Shown here: one piece after another, positions 7,902-19,301 of the stretch | Layout: every line of letters starts with the position of its first letter | Position numbering within the stretch: position 1 is the first letter of the stretch | Assembly: GCA_036743315.1 (NCBI GenBank) | Contig: DAINPV010000002.1 | Coordinates: 1-47,026, forward strand | Reading direction: 5' to 3' | Source: a bacterium | GTDB taxonomy: Bacteria; Lernaellota; Lernaellaia; Lernaellales; Lernaellaceae | Length of the DNA stretch: 47,026 nucleotides | Made by a program: the position numbers and the translations under genes | Notes under the pieces: generated by a model | What the model was told of the DNA's origin: nothing | Database searches by the model: none | The model's input: the letters and a program-made list of their open reading frames with translations, nothing else

Positions 7902-9320
7902 TCAATACTTGGCGTACATGCCCCTCTGATGGAGATGTTCGCGTACGTAGTCGATCAACGTCCCGATGTACTCGGGCAGGTGCGGGCAACGAATATGGCT
8001 ATCGTTCAGAAACTCCAGCGTGTTCCTGCAATCGTAGACGGTGTAGTGATCGACGTAAGGCAGCACCTCTTCCGGAATGCGCATCAAGTCGGCGATCCCC
8101 GGCGTTTTGGTTGCCAGTTGCACCAGCGGCATCGGAACCACGCCACGCGTCTGGCCCATGCCGAACACCTGGTAGATCTTGTCGTAGAATTCGCGCGCCG
8201 TCAGCGGATCGGGGTCGCAAAGCGCGAAGGTCTTGCCCAGCGCCGCCGTCTTCGCCGTAATGTGCATCGTCGCATCGACCAGGTAATCGACCGGCACCAG
8301 GTTGAAGTACGCGCCGCCCTGACCCAGGCTGGGGATACGCAAGCTGTGGAAATATTTAAGGTAGTCGCGTTTTTCCATGTCGGCTAAGAAGCGGATCAGG
8401 AAATACGGTCCGTCGAATTTATCGGTTTCGCCGGTTTGGCTGTCGCCGATGACGATGCTCGGGCGGATGATGACCGTCGGGATTTTTTCGCGCTGTTTGC
8501 GCACGAGCACTTCGGCTTCGAACTTGGTCGATTCATAGTGATTCTTGTGTCCTTGGCCGTAGTCGAGGTCTTCCTCGGTGATTAGGCCGGTGCGCAGGCC
8601 GGATACGTAACAGGTGGAAAAGTAAACGAGCTTGTCGAGCTTTTTGCACTGCTCGCACAGCTCGAGTACGCGCCGGGTGCCTTCCACATTAATTTCCCAG
8701 GCGATTTTCTCGGCAACGGCCAGATCATAAACGGCGGCCAGGTGCCAGAAATCGGTGACTTCGGCGCGAACCTTGGCCAGCGTGCGATCTTCCAAGCCCA
8801 GGTTGAGCAGCGTCAGGTCACCGGCGACCAGTTCGATTTTATCCTTGATTCGTGGATCGAAGGGCTGGAGATCGTCGAGTTCACGCTCCGCCTTTTCGCG
8901 GAACTTTTCCTGAATGAGCACGTAGTATTTGTCATAGGTTTTTTCCGCGGCGAATTTGCGGAAGAAATGCCGGCCGAGGAAACCGGGAAATCCTGTGAAA
9001 AACAAGGTCTTTACTGCTTTTTTGTCACTGGCCGCCTTGTTAACTTTCGGTTGGGGCGCGGCCTTTTTGATCGGTGTCTTTTTTACCGCGGCCGGTTTGG
9101 TCGCGGCTTTTTTTACCGGCGCCCTTTTCACCGCCATCGGTTGGGGAGCCGCTTTTTTCACCGGCGCTTTTTTCACTGCGACCGGTTTGACTGCGGCTTT
9201 TACGGCCGACGCTCTCTTGGCCGGCTTCGGTTTGGGGGCGGTTTTAGGCTTCGTGGTTTTTTTCACCTGGATTTTCTTTCCTTTTTTCGCTGCCGATGCT
9301 TTGGTTTGTTTCGCGGCCAT
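7902..9320 (-). CDS. SDR-family thioester/acyl-CoA reductase-type protein (NAD_binding_4-like) with histone-H1-like Lys/Ala/Pro-rich N-terminal tail
   Basis: Residues 1-104 hold 32 Lys and 1 acidic residue (AKKGKKIQVKK...VKKAPVKKAAPQP...). The Rossmann motif FFTGFPGFLGRHF follows, then catalytic YESTK, giving a ~370-aa reductase body. Confidence 0.8.
   Translation of the reverse strand: MAAKQTKASAAKKGKKIQVKKTTKPKTAPKPKPAKRASAVKAAVKPVAVKKAPVKKAAPQPMAVKRAPVKKAATKPAAVKKTPIKKAAPQPKVNKAASDKKAVKTLFFTGFPGFLGRHFFRKFAAEKTYDKYYVLIQEKFREKAERELDDLQPFDPRIKDKIELVAGDLTLLNLGLEDRTLAKVRAEVTDFWHLAAVYDLAVAEKIAWEINVEGTRRVLELCEQCKKLDKLVYFSTCYVSGLRTGLITEEDLDYGQGHKNHYESTKFEAEVLVRKQREKIPTVIIRPSIVIGDSQTGETDKFDGPYFLIRFLADMEKRDYLKYFHSLRIPSLGQGGAYFNLVPVDYLVDATMHITAKTAALGKTFALCDPDPLTAREFYDKIYQVFGMGQTRGVVPMPLVQLATKTPGIADLMRIPEEVLPYVDHYTVYDCRNTLEFLNDSHIRCPHLPEYIGTLIDYVREHLHQRGMYAKY
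9048..9182 (-). repeat. three tandem 45-nt coding repeats (15-aa AKP units)
   Basis: The units are VAVKKAPVKKAAPQP / MAVKRAPVKKAATKP / AAVKKTPIKKAAPQP (residues 47-91 of the SDR protein). Confidence 0.85.
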
Positions 9321-9412
9321 GATCGATCCTTCCGTTTTATTTCAATTTTTGGAATGAAGTTGCTTCACTTTTCGCTGTAAGTGTCCGATAGGTGCGTTTA
9401 ATGAACAATTGT

Positions 9413-9441
9413 AAGTATCCCATCGATTTCTCCGCTGTCAA
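9413..9441 (-). promoter_or_regulatory. putative sigma70-type promoter for the SDR/H1-tail gene
   Basis: The minus strand reads TTGACA (9441-9436), a 17-nt spacer, then GATACT (9418-9413). This lies about 90 nt upstream of ATG 9320. Confidence 0.4.
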
Positions 9442-9522
9442 CCGGAATACAGCCGTGCGGGATGGCGTGAGGGGATAGACGAGCAATGGGAGGAGGGATG
9501 TTCGCTGTCAGAGTTAGAGGAG

Positions 9523-9933
9523 ATGACCGTGGGACAGCGCCAAAAGAAGTACACTCTTCTGGTCGTTGATGACGACAACATCTATCGGGATATGATGTGC
9601 CGCGTTTTGTCGCGACATGGGTTTCATACCCTTTCCGCCCCCAATGGCCTGAAGTTGGCCGGATACCTGAGAATCAACAAACCCGATTTGATTTTACTGG
9701 ACATCAGCATGAGTTGGATCGACGGTTACGAGCTGTGTCGTTTGATCCGGAAAATGCCTGATTTCATAAAAGTGCCGATCATTTTCGTGAGTGCGCTCAC
9801 CTCGCCGGAAAACATCCGACGCGGTTATGAATGCGGCGGCGATGATTACCTGTGCAAACCTTTTAATATTGACACTTTGGTTGCACGGGTTAAACATCAT
9901 CTGGGCATTGCGGAAGAAATCGTCAACGCATAA
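9523..9933 (+). CDS. single-domain response regulator (CheY-like receiver)
   Basis: GAGGAG SD. Receiver motifs are LLVVDDD, the phospho-acceptor context DLILLDISM, FVSA and LCKPF. There is no output domain. G+C is visibly lower than in the neighbours. Confidence 0.85.
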   Translation: MTVGQRQKKYTLLVVDDDNIYRDMMCRVLSRHGFHTLSAPNGLKLAGYLRINKPDLILLDISMSWIDGYELCRLIRKMPDFIKVPIIFVSALTSPENIRRGYECGGDDYLCKPFNIDTLVARVKHHLGIAEEIVNA

Positions 9934-9951
9934 CACGCGTCGGAGTCTGTC

Positions 9952-12696
<2,745 letters not shown>

Positions 12697-12751
12697 GAGT
12701 CAGAAAAGAATTACTATGTTTCTTATTTGTATTTGACGATATATTATAGCA

Positions 12752-14515
12752 GTGCAGAGGGAGAGTTGTACCGGATTACGAATTTCACCGACGATGCTCG
12801 GTGATAAATTCGAGGATGATGGCGTGGATTCGACCAACGAAAAAGATAAAAATATTGCTCAGGAAACTGAAGCGAAGCCGGTCGGCGACAAACCATCGAC
12901 GGAAAACGAAACGCCCCTGTCTGCCAACCAAGAGCCGGTAACCGTACCGGATGGTCGGCTGTTGGTGGACGCTCCCGCCGAACTGTCCGATGCCAAGGGC
13001 GGTGAAGACGGCGCCAAAGCCGAAAAAAAGAAGGAAGGCATAGCCAAGGAAGAGGATGTTCCCGAAGAGGAGCAGCAATTAAAAATCAACCGCGCGGCGC
13101 AAGTGGCCGTTCAACGTTCGACCGACGACCTGCGCGCCATGCTTCGTGTGATTCCTCCCGTAGGCGACGGTACGCCCGTCAATGACGAACTGATCCGCAA
13201 GGCATTGGAGGAAAAGAAAGTCACCTTCGGCATCGATGAAGAAAAGATCCGGGAAGTTGTCGAGCAACAGATCTACGGCCAGACGGTAACGGTGGCCAAC
13301 GGCGAGCAACCGGTCAACGGCGAAGACGCGCGGGTGATTTTCCATTACAACAAGCTGATCAAAAGGCAGGATCGCAGCCTGGACAACCTGGAACAAATCG
13401 ATTGGAAAGAGTTGGGCAACATCATCAACACCGAGCCCGAAGTGCTGCTGTTGGAGAAGGTTCCACCCACCGAAGGCACGCCGGGCCGTACCGTGACCGA
13501 CAAACCGATTCGGCAGACGCGCGGTAAGGATTTGCGCATTCGCAGCGGCAAAGGCGTACGAGCCGACTCGGACAATCTCAAATGGTACAGTGAAATCGCC
13601 GGTCATGTCATTTTCCGTAACGACCAGATCAGCGTCGAAAACATCATTGAACTCGAGGACGTCAGCGCCACGACCGGCAACGTGCACTTCAACGGCACGG
13701 TGGTGATCAAGGGTATTGTCGAGGACGGATATAGCGTCGATTGCACGGCCGATTTACGGATTGAAGGCAACGTCGGCGCCGCGCGCTTGAATGCCGGCGG
13801 CAACATTACGATCATCGGCGGCGTTTTCGGGAAAAACAAAGCGGTGGTGAATGCCGGCGAGTCGATCATCACGCGTTTCACCCAGGATGCCACAATCGTG
13901 GCAATGAAGGATATCATCATCGACGAATACTCGCGCAACAGCGATCTGAAAGCCGGCCGCGAAATTCACATGGTCAACGATAACACCAACCGCGGCAGCA
14001 TCATGGGCGGAAGCGCCTCGGCGTTGGAATCGATTCACTGCAACAACATCGGCAGTGAAATGGAACTACGCACCAAAGTGGCTGTCGGCGTGGCCAAAGA
14101 GGATATGGACCGCATCGCCGAATTGGAGGCCAATCTCAAAAAACGTATACAAAACCTTGATAATATGCGAAAAAGCCTCTTTATTCTGCAACGCGAAAAA
14201 ATGAATTCGCGAGGCAAGTTGATCGGACGAAAACAGGAATTGCACGAACGTTTTCTGGAAATGCTGACCAAGTTGCGCACAGTCGGCCATGAGGAACTGC
14301 GCGAATTGTTGGATTTGTATCTCAATTCCTATGTACAGAAAAAAAGCTATCTGCACATCCACAACCAATTGTTTGCCAATGTGGAAGTCAGTATTAAAAA
14401 TGCGACCATGGATGTTCGTCGTCCTATCGAATATGCGACCCTGACGGAGTCGGACGGGGAAATCACGGTTATGCCGCTGCTGGATCGGAAAGAAGATGCT
14501 CAACAAAGTAAATAA
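12752..14515 (+). CDS. FapA family (DUF342) beta-solenoid protein with acidic low-complexity N-terminus
   Basis: FapA_N-like LRVIPPVGDGTPVNDELIRKALEEKKVTFGIDEEKI. Solenoid repeats follow (GNVHFNGTVVIKG..., GNVGAARLNAGGNITIIGGV..., AGESIITRF...). A C-terminal coiled coil is present. The start is GTG 12752 or ATG 12794. Confidence 0.8.
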   Translation: MQRESCTGLRISPTMLGDKFEDDGVDSTNEKDKNIAQETEAKPVGDKPSTENETPLSANQEPVTVPDGRLLVDAPAELSDAKGGEDGAKAEKKKEGIAKEEDVPEEEQQLKINRAAQVAVQRSTDDLRAMLRVIPPVGDGTPVNDELIRKALEEKKVTFGIDEEKIREVVEQQIYGQTVTVANGEQPVNGEDARVIFHYNKLIKRQDRSLDNLEQIDWKELGNIINTEPEVLLLEKVPPTEGTPGRTVTDKPIRQTRGKDLRIRSGKGVRADSDNLKWYSEIAGHVIFRNDQISVENIIELEDVSATTGNVHFNGTVVIKGIVEDGYSVDCTADLRIEGNVGAARLNAGGNITIIGGVFGKNKAVVNAGESIITRFTQDATIVAMKDIIIDEYSRNSDLKAGREIHMVNDNTNRGSIMGGSASALESIHCNNIGSEMELRTKVAVGVAKEDMDRIAELEANLKKRIQNLDNMRKSLFILQREKMNSRGKLIGRKQELHERFLEMLTKLRTVGHEELRELLDLYLNSYVQKKSYLHIHNQLFANVEVSIKNATMDVRRPIEYATLTESDGEITVMPLLDRKEDAQQSK

Positions 14516-15215
14516 GGACGATTTATTCGACCGAGTGGAAAATAACCGATCCTTGCGTGAGTTGGATCTCTCCAGCATGAACCTGGAGAACGTAAACTTT
14601 TCTTCTCGCGATCTTTCCGGCAGCGTGTTTCACCTTACGCAATTCATACAATGCGATTTCACCGGTGCGAATCTGCAGGAAACCGATCTGAGCCGGTCGA
14701 TGTTCCTGCGGTGCAATCTCAGCGGCGCCAACTTGACCGGCGCCAAATGCGTGGGTGCGGTGTTTAAAGACAGTCAGTTATCCGAAGCCAACCTGACGCG
14801 CACCAACTTGCAGTTGGTCAACATGAGCGGAATCCACTCTGATAATGCACGATTTGTCGAGGCGATCCTCAACAACGCCTGCATCGACGGATCGAATTTC
14901 ACCGAATCGGTCTTTAATAAGGCCAAGTTGAACTTTACCCTGATGCAAAATTGCAGCATGGCGAACACAAATTTTTCCGAGGCTGACTTGACTGCCGCCA
15001 ATTGCGCTAACACCGACTTTACCGGAGCCAATTTTTCGCGTTCGTTGATGGTGGTGACCGATCTGCGTGAAACCATTCTGAAAGACTGCGTTTTTACGAA
15101 AGCACTCATGATCGGTACGGTGTTGGCCGGGGTTGACCGACAGAAGACAAAACTCGACGGCGCTACGACTGATGAGTTGATCTGGGTAGAGCCGAATGAA
15201 TTAAAAGACAAGTAA
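14496..15215 (+). CDS. pentapeptide repeat-containing protein
   Basis: The protein is almost entirely A(D/N)LxX-type pentads (FTGANLQETDLSRSMFLRCNLSGANLTGAKCVGAVFKDSQLSEANLTRTNL...). Its ATG lies 20 nt inside the 3' end of the FapA-like ORF. Confidence 0.85.
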   Translation: MLNKVNKDDLFDRVENNRSLRELDLSSMNLENVNFSSRDLSGSVFHLTQFIQCDFTGANLQETDLSRSMFLRCNLSGANLTGAKCVGAVFKDSQLSEANLTRTNLQLVNMSGIHSDNARFVEAILNNACIDGSNFTESVFNKAKLNFTLMQNCSMANTNFSEADLTAANCANTDFTGANFSRSLMVVTDLRETILKDCVFTKALMIGTVLAGVDRQKTKLDGATTDELIWVEPNELKDK

Positions 15216-15251
15216 CTCAAGAAAGATAAATAAACTTTTTCGGCAACCGGT

Positions 15252-15455
15252 TCATTTCCCCAGCACTTGCGGGTCGATCAGGATGTTGTTCTTTTTTACG
15301 AACGCGTCCAGGTCTTCTTTGCGAATTTTGATCACGCCTTTGCCGCGAGTGTTGAACGCGGGCAATTCTTCTTTTTTGATCCACCTGCGAATCGTCTCGG
15401 GAGAAACGAGACAATAGGCAGCGGCTTCTTTTACCGATAAAATACGATCCGACAT
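15252..15455 (-). CDS. excisionase-family helix-turn-helix DNA-binding protein
   Basis: The 67-aa protein has LSVKEAAAYCLVSPETIRRWIKKEELPA...IKIRKEDLDAFV, the MerR-like/excisionase-type HTH pattern. Confidence 0.75.
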   Translation of the reverse strand: MSDRILSVKEAAAYCLVSPETIRRWIKKEELPAFNTRGKGVIKIRKEDLDAFVKKNNILIDPQVLGK

Positions 15456-15618
15456 AATTTTCCTCTTTTCCCGGGTGAACCGGTGTTTTTCTCCCCCATG
15501 CCAATTAGTAAATCGGATTGCCGCCCATACACAATAAGGAAAATATTAATTTCATTGGACGCATACGCCCGCTTCGTGTCACAATTGGATAACTCGCAGG
15601 GATACAGGAGTTTATCAC

Positions 15619-16812
15619 GTGGCGACGTCTCAATTGGCTCTCCATGGCGGAACGCCCGTTCGGAAAAATTTGCTGCCCTACGGTCACCAAAGCATCGACC
15701 GCACGGACATCGAGCATGTCACAAGTGTCCTGACCGGCGACTGGCTGACCCAGGGACCGACGATCGACGAATTCGAAGCCGCCTTCGCCGCAACAATCGG
15801 CCGCCGCTACGCCGTCGCCTTCGCCAACGGCACGGCCGCGCTCCATGGCGCCTGTTACGCGGCCGGATTGCGGCCCGGCGACGAAGCGATCGTCCCGGCG
15901 ATGACCTTCGCCGCAACAGCCAATGCCGCCGCCTACCTGAGGGCTAAACCCGTTTTCGCCGATGTCGATCCGACGACCGGTTTGCTGATTCCCGCAACCC
16001 TTTTCGGCCTGACCTCATCGCGCACACGGGCGATTCTGCCGGTGCATTACGCCGGTTTTCCCGTGGCGATGACACCGGTCATGGAAGTAGCGGAGAAGAT
16101 CGGCGCGGTGGTCATCGAAGACGCCTGTCACGCGCTGATCGCCACCGACCGGGGACGCATCGCCGGCACGTACGGTCACCTGGCCTGTTACAGTTTTCAT
16201 CCGGTCAAGCCGATCACCACCGGCGAGGGCGGCATGGTCGTGACCGACGATAAAACCTATGCCGAGCGCTTGCGCATGTTCCGCACCCACGGCATTGTCA
16301 AGGAGCCGTCCTTCGCCGACGACGTGGGCGGGTGGTATTACGAAATGCGCGACCTGGGCTACAACTACCGCATGACCGACATACAGGCCGCGTTGGGCCT
16401 GGCGCAGTTGAAAAAACTCAAGGCTTTTCTGACCGCCCGCCGACGTCTGGCCGCTATCTATGACCAAGCGTTCGCCGATCTGCCGGGTGTGGCGTTCATC
16501 GCCGAATCGGAAGGGGTTCGTTCGGCCTATCATTTGTATCCGCTGTTGTTCGCCATGGACGAACTGACCTGCGACAAGAAAACGCTTTTTGCCGCGTTGC
16601 GCGCCGAGGGGATCGGTGTGCAGGTGCATTACATTCCGGTCAACGCGCAGCCGTATTACCGGGCGGCCGGATACGATCCGGCGCAGACGCCTGGGGCGCA
16701 GGCGTTTTATGCGCGGGAAATTTCCCTGCCGTTGTTCGCCGCCATGGGCGAGTCGGATGCGCGGGATGTGGTCGAGGCGGTGCATAAAGTGTTGGCCGCT
16801 TTCAGGAGGTGA
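15619..16812 (+). CDS. pseC: DegT/DnrJ/EryC1 family aminotransferase, PseC-like (UDP-4-amino-4,6-dideoxy-sugar transaminase type)
   Basis: AGGAG SD lies 8 nt before GTG. LPYGHQSIDRTDIEHVTSVLTGDWLTQGPTIDEFE, PLP-lysine context SFHPVKPITTGEGGMVVT, and GYNYRMTDIQAALGLAQL are present. No other pse genes are in the window. Confidence 0.8.
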   Translation: MATSQLALHGGTPVRKNLLPYGHQSIDRTDIEHVTSVLTGDWLTQGPTIDEFEAAFAATIGRRYAVAFANGTAALHGACYAAGLRPGDEAIVPAMTFAATANAAAYLRAKPVFADVDPTTGLLIPATLFGLTSSRTRAILPVHYAGFPVAMTPVMEVAEKIGAVVIEDACHALIATDRGRIAGTYGHLACYSFHPVKPITTGEGGMVVTDDKTYAERLRMFRTHGIVKEPSFADDVGGWYYEMRDLGYNYRMTDIQAALGLAQLKKLKAFLTARRRLAAIYDQAFADLPGVAFIAESEGVRSAYHLYPLLFAMDELTCDKKTLFAALRAEGIGVQVHYIPVNAQPYYRAAGYDPAQTPGAQAFYAREISLPLFAAMGESDARDVVEAVHKVLAAFRR

Positions 16813-16813
16813 C

Positions 16814-17488
16814 ATGCGCAAGGTAATGGCGATCCTGGCTCATCCCGATGACGAAGTGCTCGGTTGCGGCGGGACGCTCGCTAAAATGGCCGACCATGGC
16901 GACCAGGTGCTGTTGTTGATTTGCGGCGAAGGCCTGACTGCCCGGACGAACGTCAAGGTCGATGAATTGCGCGCGCTGGATGACGATCTGCAAAACGCGG
17001 CGAAAATTCTGGGCGCGACCGACGTGTTTCATCTGGATTGGCCCGACAACTCCTTCGACAGTCGCGAACTGCTGACGCTCATTCGCGCCATCGAGGAAAT
17101 CGCCTTGCCCTTTGCGCCCGAGGTGGTTTTTACGCACCACGGCGGCGATTTGAATATCGATCATCGCTATGTGCACGAGGCGGTGATGTCCTGCTTCCGT
17201 CCGCTGCCGGCGCGCCCGCGGCCGCTGTTGCTGGCGGTGGAGGTGGCGTCGAGCACCGGGTGGGCGGCGCCGACGCTGGACCGGGTTTTTCAGCCGAATT
17301 TTTTCTCCGAGGTCACTGAAACTCTGGAGCGAAAGATACAAGCGATGACCGCCTATCGCACCGAAGGGCAGGTCTGGCCGCATCCGCGTTCGCCCGAAGC
17401 GATTCGCGCCTGGGCGCAACGCTGGGGCAGTCTGGTCGGCGTGGCGGCCGCAGAGCCGTTTATGGTGCTGCGCGGATTTTTAACTTGA
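16814..17488 (+). CDS. PIG-L family (LmbE-like) deacetylase
   Basis: AGGAGG SD. The motifs are AILAHPDDEVLGCGGTLAK and HHGGDLNIDH. The start is 1 nt after the aminotransferase stop. Confidence 0.85.
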   Translation: MRKVMAILAHPDDEVLGCGGTLAKMADHGDQVLLLICGEGLTARTNVKVDELRALDDDLQNAAKILGATDVFHLDWPDNSFDSRELLTLIRAIEEIALPFAPEVVFTHHGGDLNIDHRYVHEAVMSCFRPLPARPRPLLLAVEVASSTGWAAPTLDRVFQPNFFSEVTETLERKIQAMTAYRTEGQVWPHPRSPEAIRAWAQRWGSLVGVAAAEPFMVLRGFLT

Positions 17489-17649
17489 CCGAAAAATACG
17501 GTGTTTTCTCGTAGGTTTTCTTATGCTTTAATGCGCCGCGAATCATGAATCCGGCAACCTAATCCAAACGACGGCGCGCGACGGTGTTGGCTGTTCAAGC
17601 AACGAAGCGTTTCCGCCGGGGCTCGAGACCATAGACACGGGAGAGGCAC

Positions 17650-19290
17650 GTGAACCGGTTGACCCGTCCTTTGATCAAATGGACGCTGATCCTCGTCATC
17701 TTCGCCACGGCGCAACCCTGGGCGCTGCCGACGTTGTCCTGGGCCCAGCAAACCGATGACGACCAACGCACGTCTTCCTTGCCGATCCCTTCACTGAACA
17801 CCGACCTGAGCGGACAGGGCGCCGAAGCCTTGCAGGAAAGCATGCGCGAGGGTCTGCTGAGCGCCGGGGAGGACATCGCTTTCGCCGGACCGATCGATCC
17901 GCAGCAGTACATCGTGGGCGTCGGTGATCGCTTCGTGTTGCATTTCTGGGGTGAAAAGAACGAGTCCGTGCCCTTGATCGTTTCGCCGGAAGGTTTTTTG
18001 TTCGTGCCTAACATCGGCACGATCCGCGTGGCCGACAAACCGCTGGCGCAGGCCAAAGCCGAGGTCGGCGACCAGGTGAGACGCATCTACCGCAACCTGA
18101 GTTTCGAGTTGTTTTTGCAGACGCCGCGCAAGTTCAAGGTACAGGTCATCGGGCTGGTGAAAAAGCCCGGCGCCTACGTCGCCGACCCGACGATCCGCCT
18201 CGCCGAGATCCTGCGCGAGGCCGGCGGCTTCGTCGAGCGCGGCAGCGAGCGCCGCATCGAGATCCGTCATCGCGACGGTACGCGCGCCTTCGGCGATCTG
18301 GTCCGTTGGCGCCGCACCGGCGAGGAGGTGATCAATCCGACCCTGCGCGACGGCGACGTGATTTTCGTTCCGCCCATCCAAACGCTGGTGCATCTGCGCG
18401 GCACGACCGTCAAACGCGGCGCGTACGAACTGCTGGACGGCGAGGACCTGCACGACGTGGTGTTCTGGATCGGTCTGGGCTTGACCTCCGAAACCAGTTT
18501 CCAGGATGAGGCGCAGATCGTGCGCATCGGCGATGACGAGCGCCGGCGGGTCGTCGTGTTCGATCTGGCCAAACTCAAGGAAGATCGCGCCTACGCGCGC
18601 GGCTTCGATTTGCGCGACGGCGACATCGTCAGCATTCCGTCGATCGCCTTGATTCAAAACGTGGTGTTGGTGCGCGGCGCGATTTTCGGCGTCGGCGAAG
18701 AGAGCCTGGCCAAGCGAAGCCGCACGGAAACCGAAGGACCCCTGCTGGAAACGACCGACACCTTCGAGTTGCGCGAGGGTGAGAAGGTTTATGACGTGCT
18801 GCAAAAAACCGGCGGCGTTACGCCCTGGGCCGATCTGGCCAACTGCTACATCGAGCGCTCGGTCGCCGGCCAGGCGGGGACCCAGATCATCAATATCGAT
18901 TTGAACAAAATGCTCATCGCCCGCGATTTTACCGATAACATCCCGCTGGTCCCGGGCGATATTCTGAACATCCCCAGCAAGATCGATCGCGTGTTCGTCG
19001 TCGGCGAAGTCGCCGTACGCGGACCCCAGGAGTACCTCGCCAACCATCCGGCGCATGAGTACATCGGCCGGGCGGGGGGGCCGACCTCGCGCGCTTCGAT
19101 GTGGCGCGCCAAGGTCATCCGGCGCAATGGGAACGAACTGGATTACGATCCGCAAATGGTCATCCAACCCGGCGACACCATTCTCGTGCCGGAAACGCGC
19201 ATGAAGTGGTGGCAGGACTATTGGACGATCCTGATCGGCGCGGCTACGCTGGCGTTGGCCGGTTTCACCGCATACAACACGAGCAAGTAG
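17650..19290 (+). CDS. polysaccharide export protein (Wza/OPX family, SLBB domains)
   Basis: A signal peptide is followed by the Poly_export-like motif VGVGDRFVLHFWGEKNES...VSPEGFLFVPNIGTIRVA. SLBB-like units repeat (DGDVIFVP, DGDIVSIP, PGDILNIP, PGDTILVP). A C-terminal TM helix is present. Confidence 0.85.
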   Translation: MNRLTRPLIKWTLILVIFATAQPWALPTLSWAQQTDDDQRTSSLPIPSLNTDLSGQGAEALQESMREGLLSAGEDIAFAGPIDPQQYIVGVGDRFVLHFWGEKNESVPLIVSPEGFLFVPNIGTIRVADKPLAQAKAEVGDQVRRIYRNLSFELFLQTPRKFKVQVIGLVKKPGAYVADPTIRLAEILREAGGFVERGSERRIEIRHRDGTRAFGDLVRWRRTGEEVINPTLRDGDVIFVPPIQTLVHLRGTTVKRGAYELLDGEDLHDVVFWIGLGLTSETSFQDEAQIVRIGDDERRRVVVFDLAKLKEDRAYARGFDLRDGDIVSIPSIALIQNVVLVRGAIFGVGEESLAKRSRTETEGPLLETTDTFELREGEKVYDVLQKTGGVTPWADLANCYIERSVAGQAGTQIINIDLNKMLIARDFTDNIPLVPGDILNIPSKIDRVFVVGEVAVRGPQEYLANHPAHEYIGRAGGPTSRASMWRAKVIRRNGNELDYDPQMVIQPGDTILVPETRMKWWQDYWTILIGAATLALAGFTAYNTSK

Positions 19291-19301
19291 GTGGGGCGAC
19301 G

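Noticed and set aside
12697-15618. The insert as an integrative mobile element or prophage remnant because of the excisionase-type HTH
   Set aside because: I could see no integrase, transposase, phage structural gene or flanking direct repeat, and the nearest tRNA is 15 kb away. It is reported only as a compositionally distinct insert of unknown origin.
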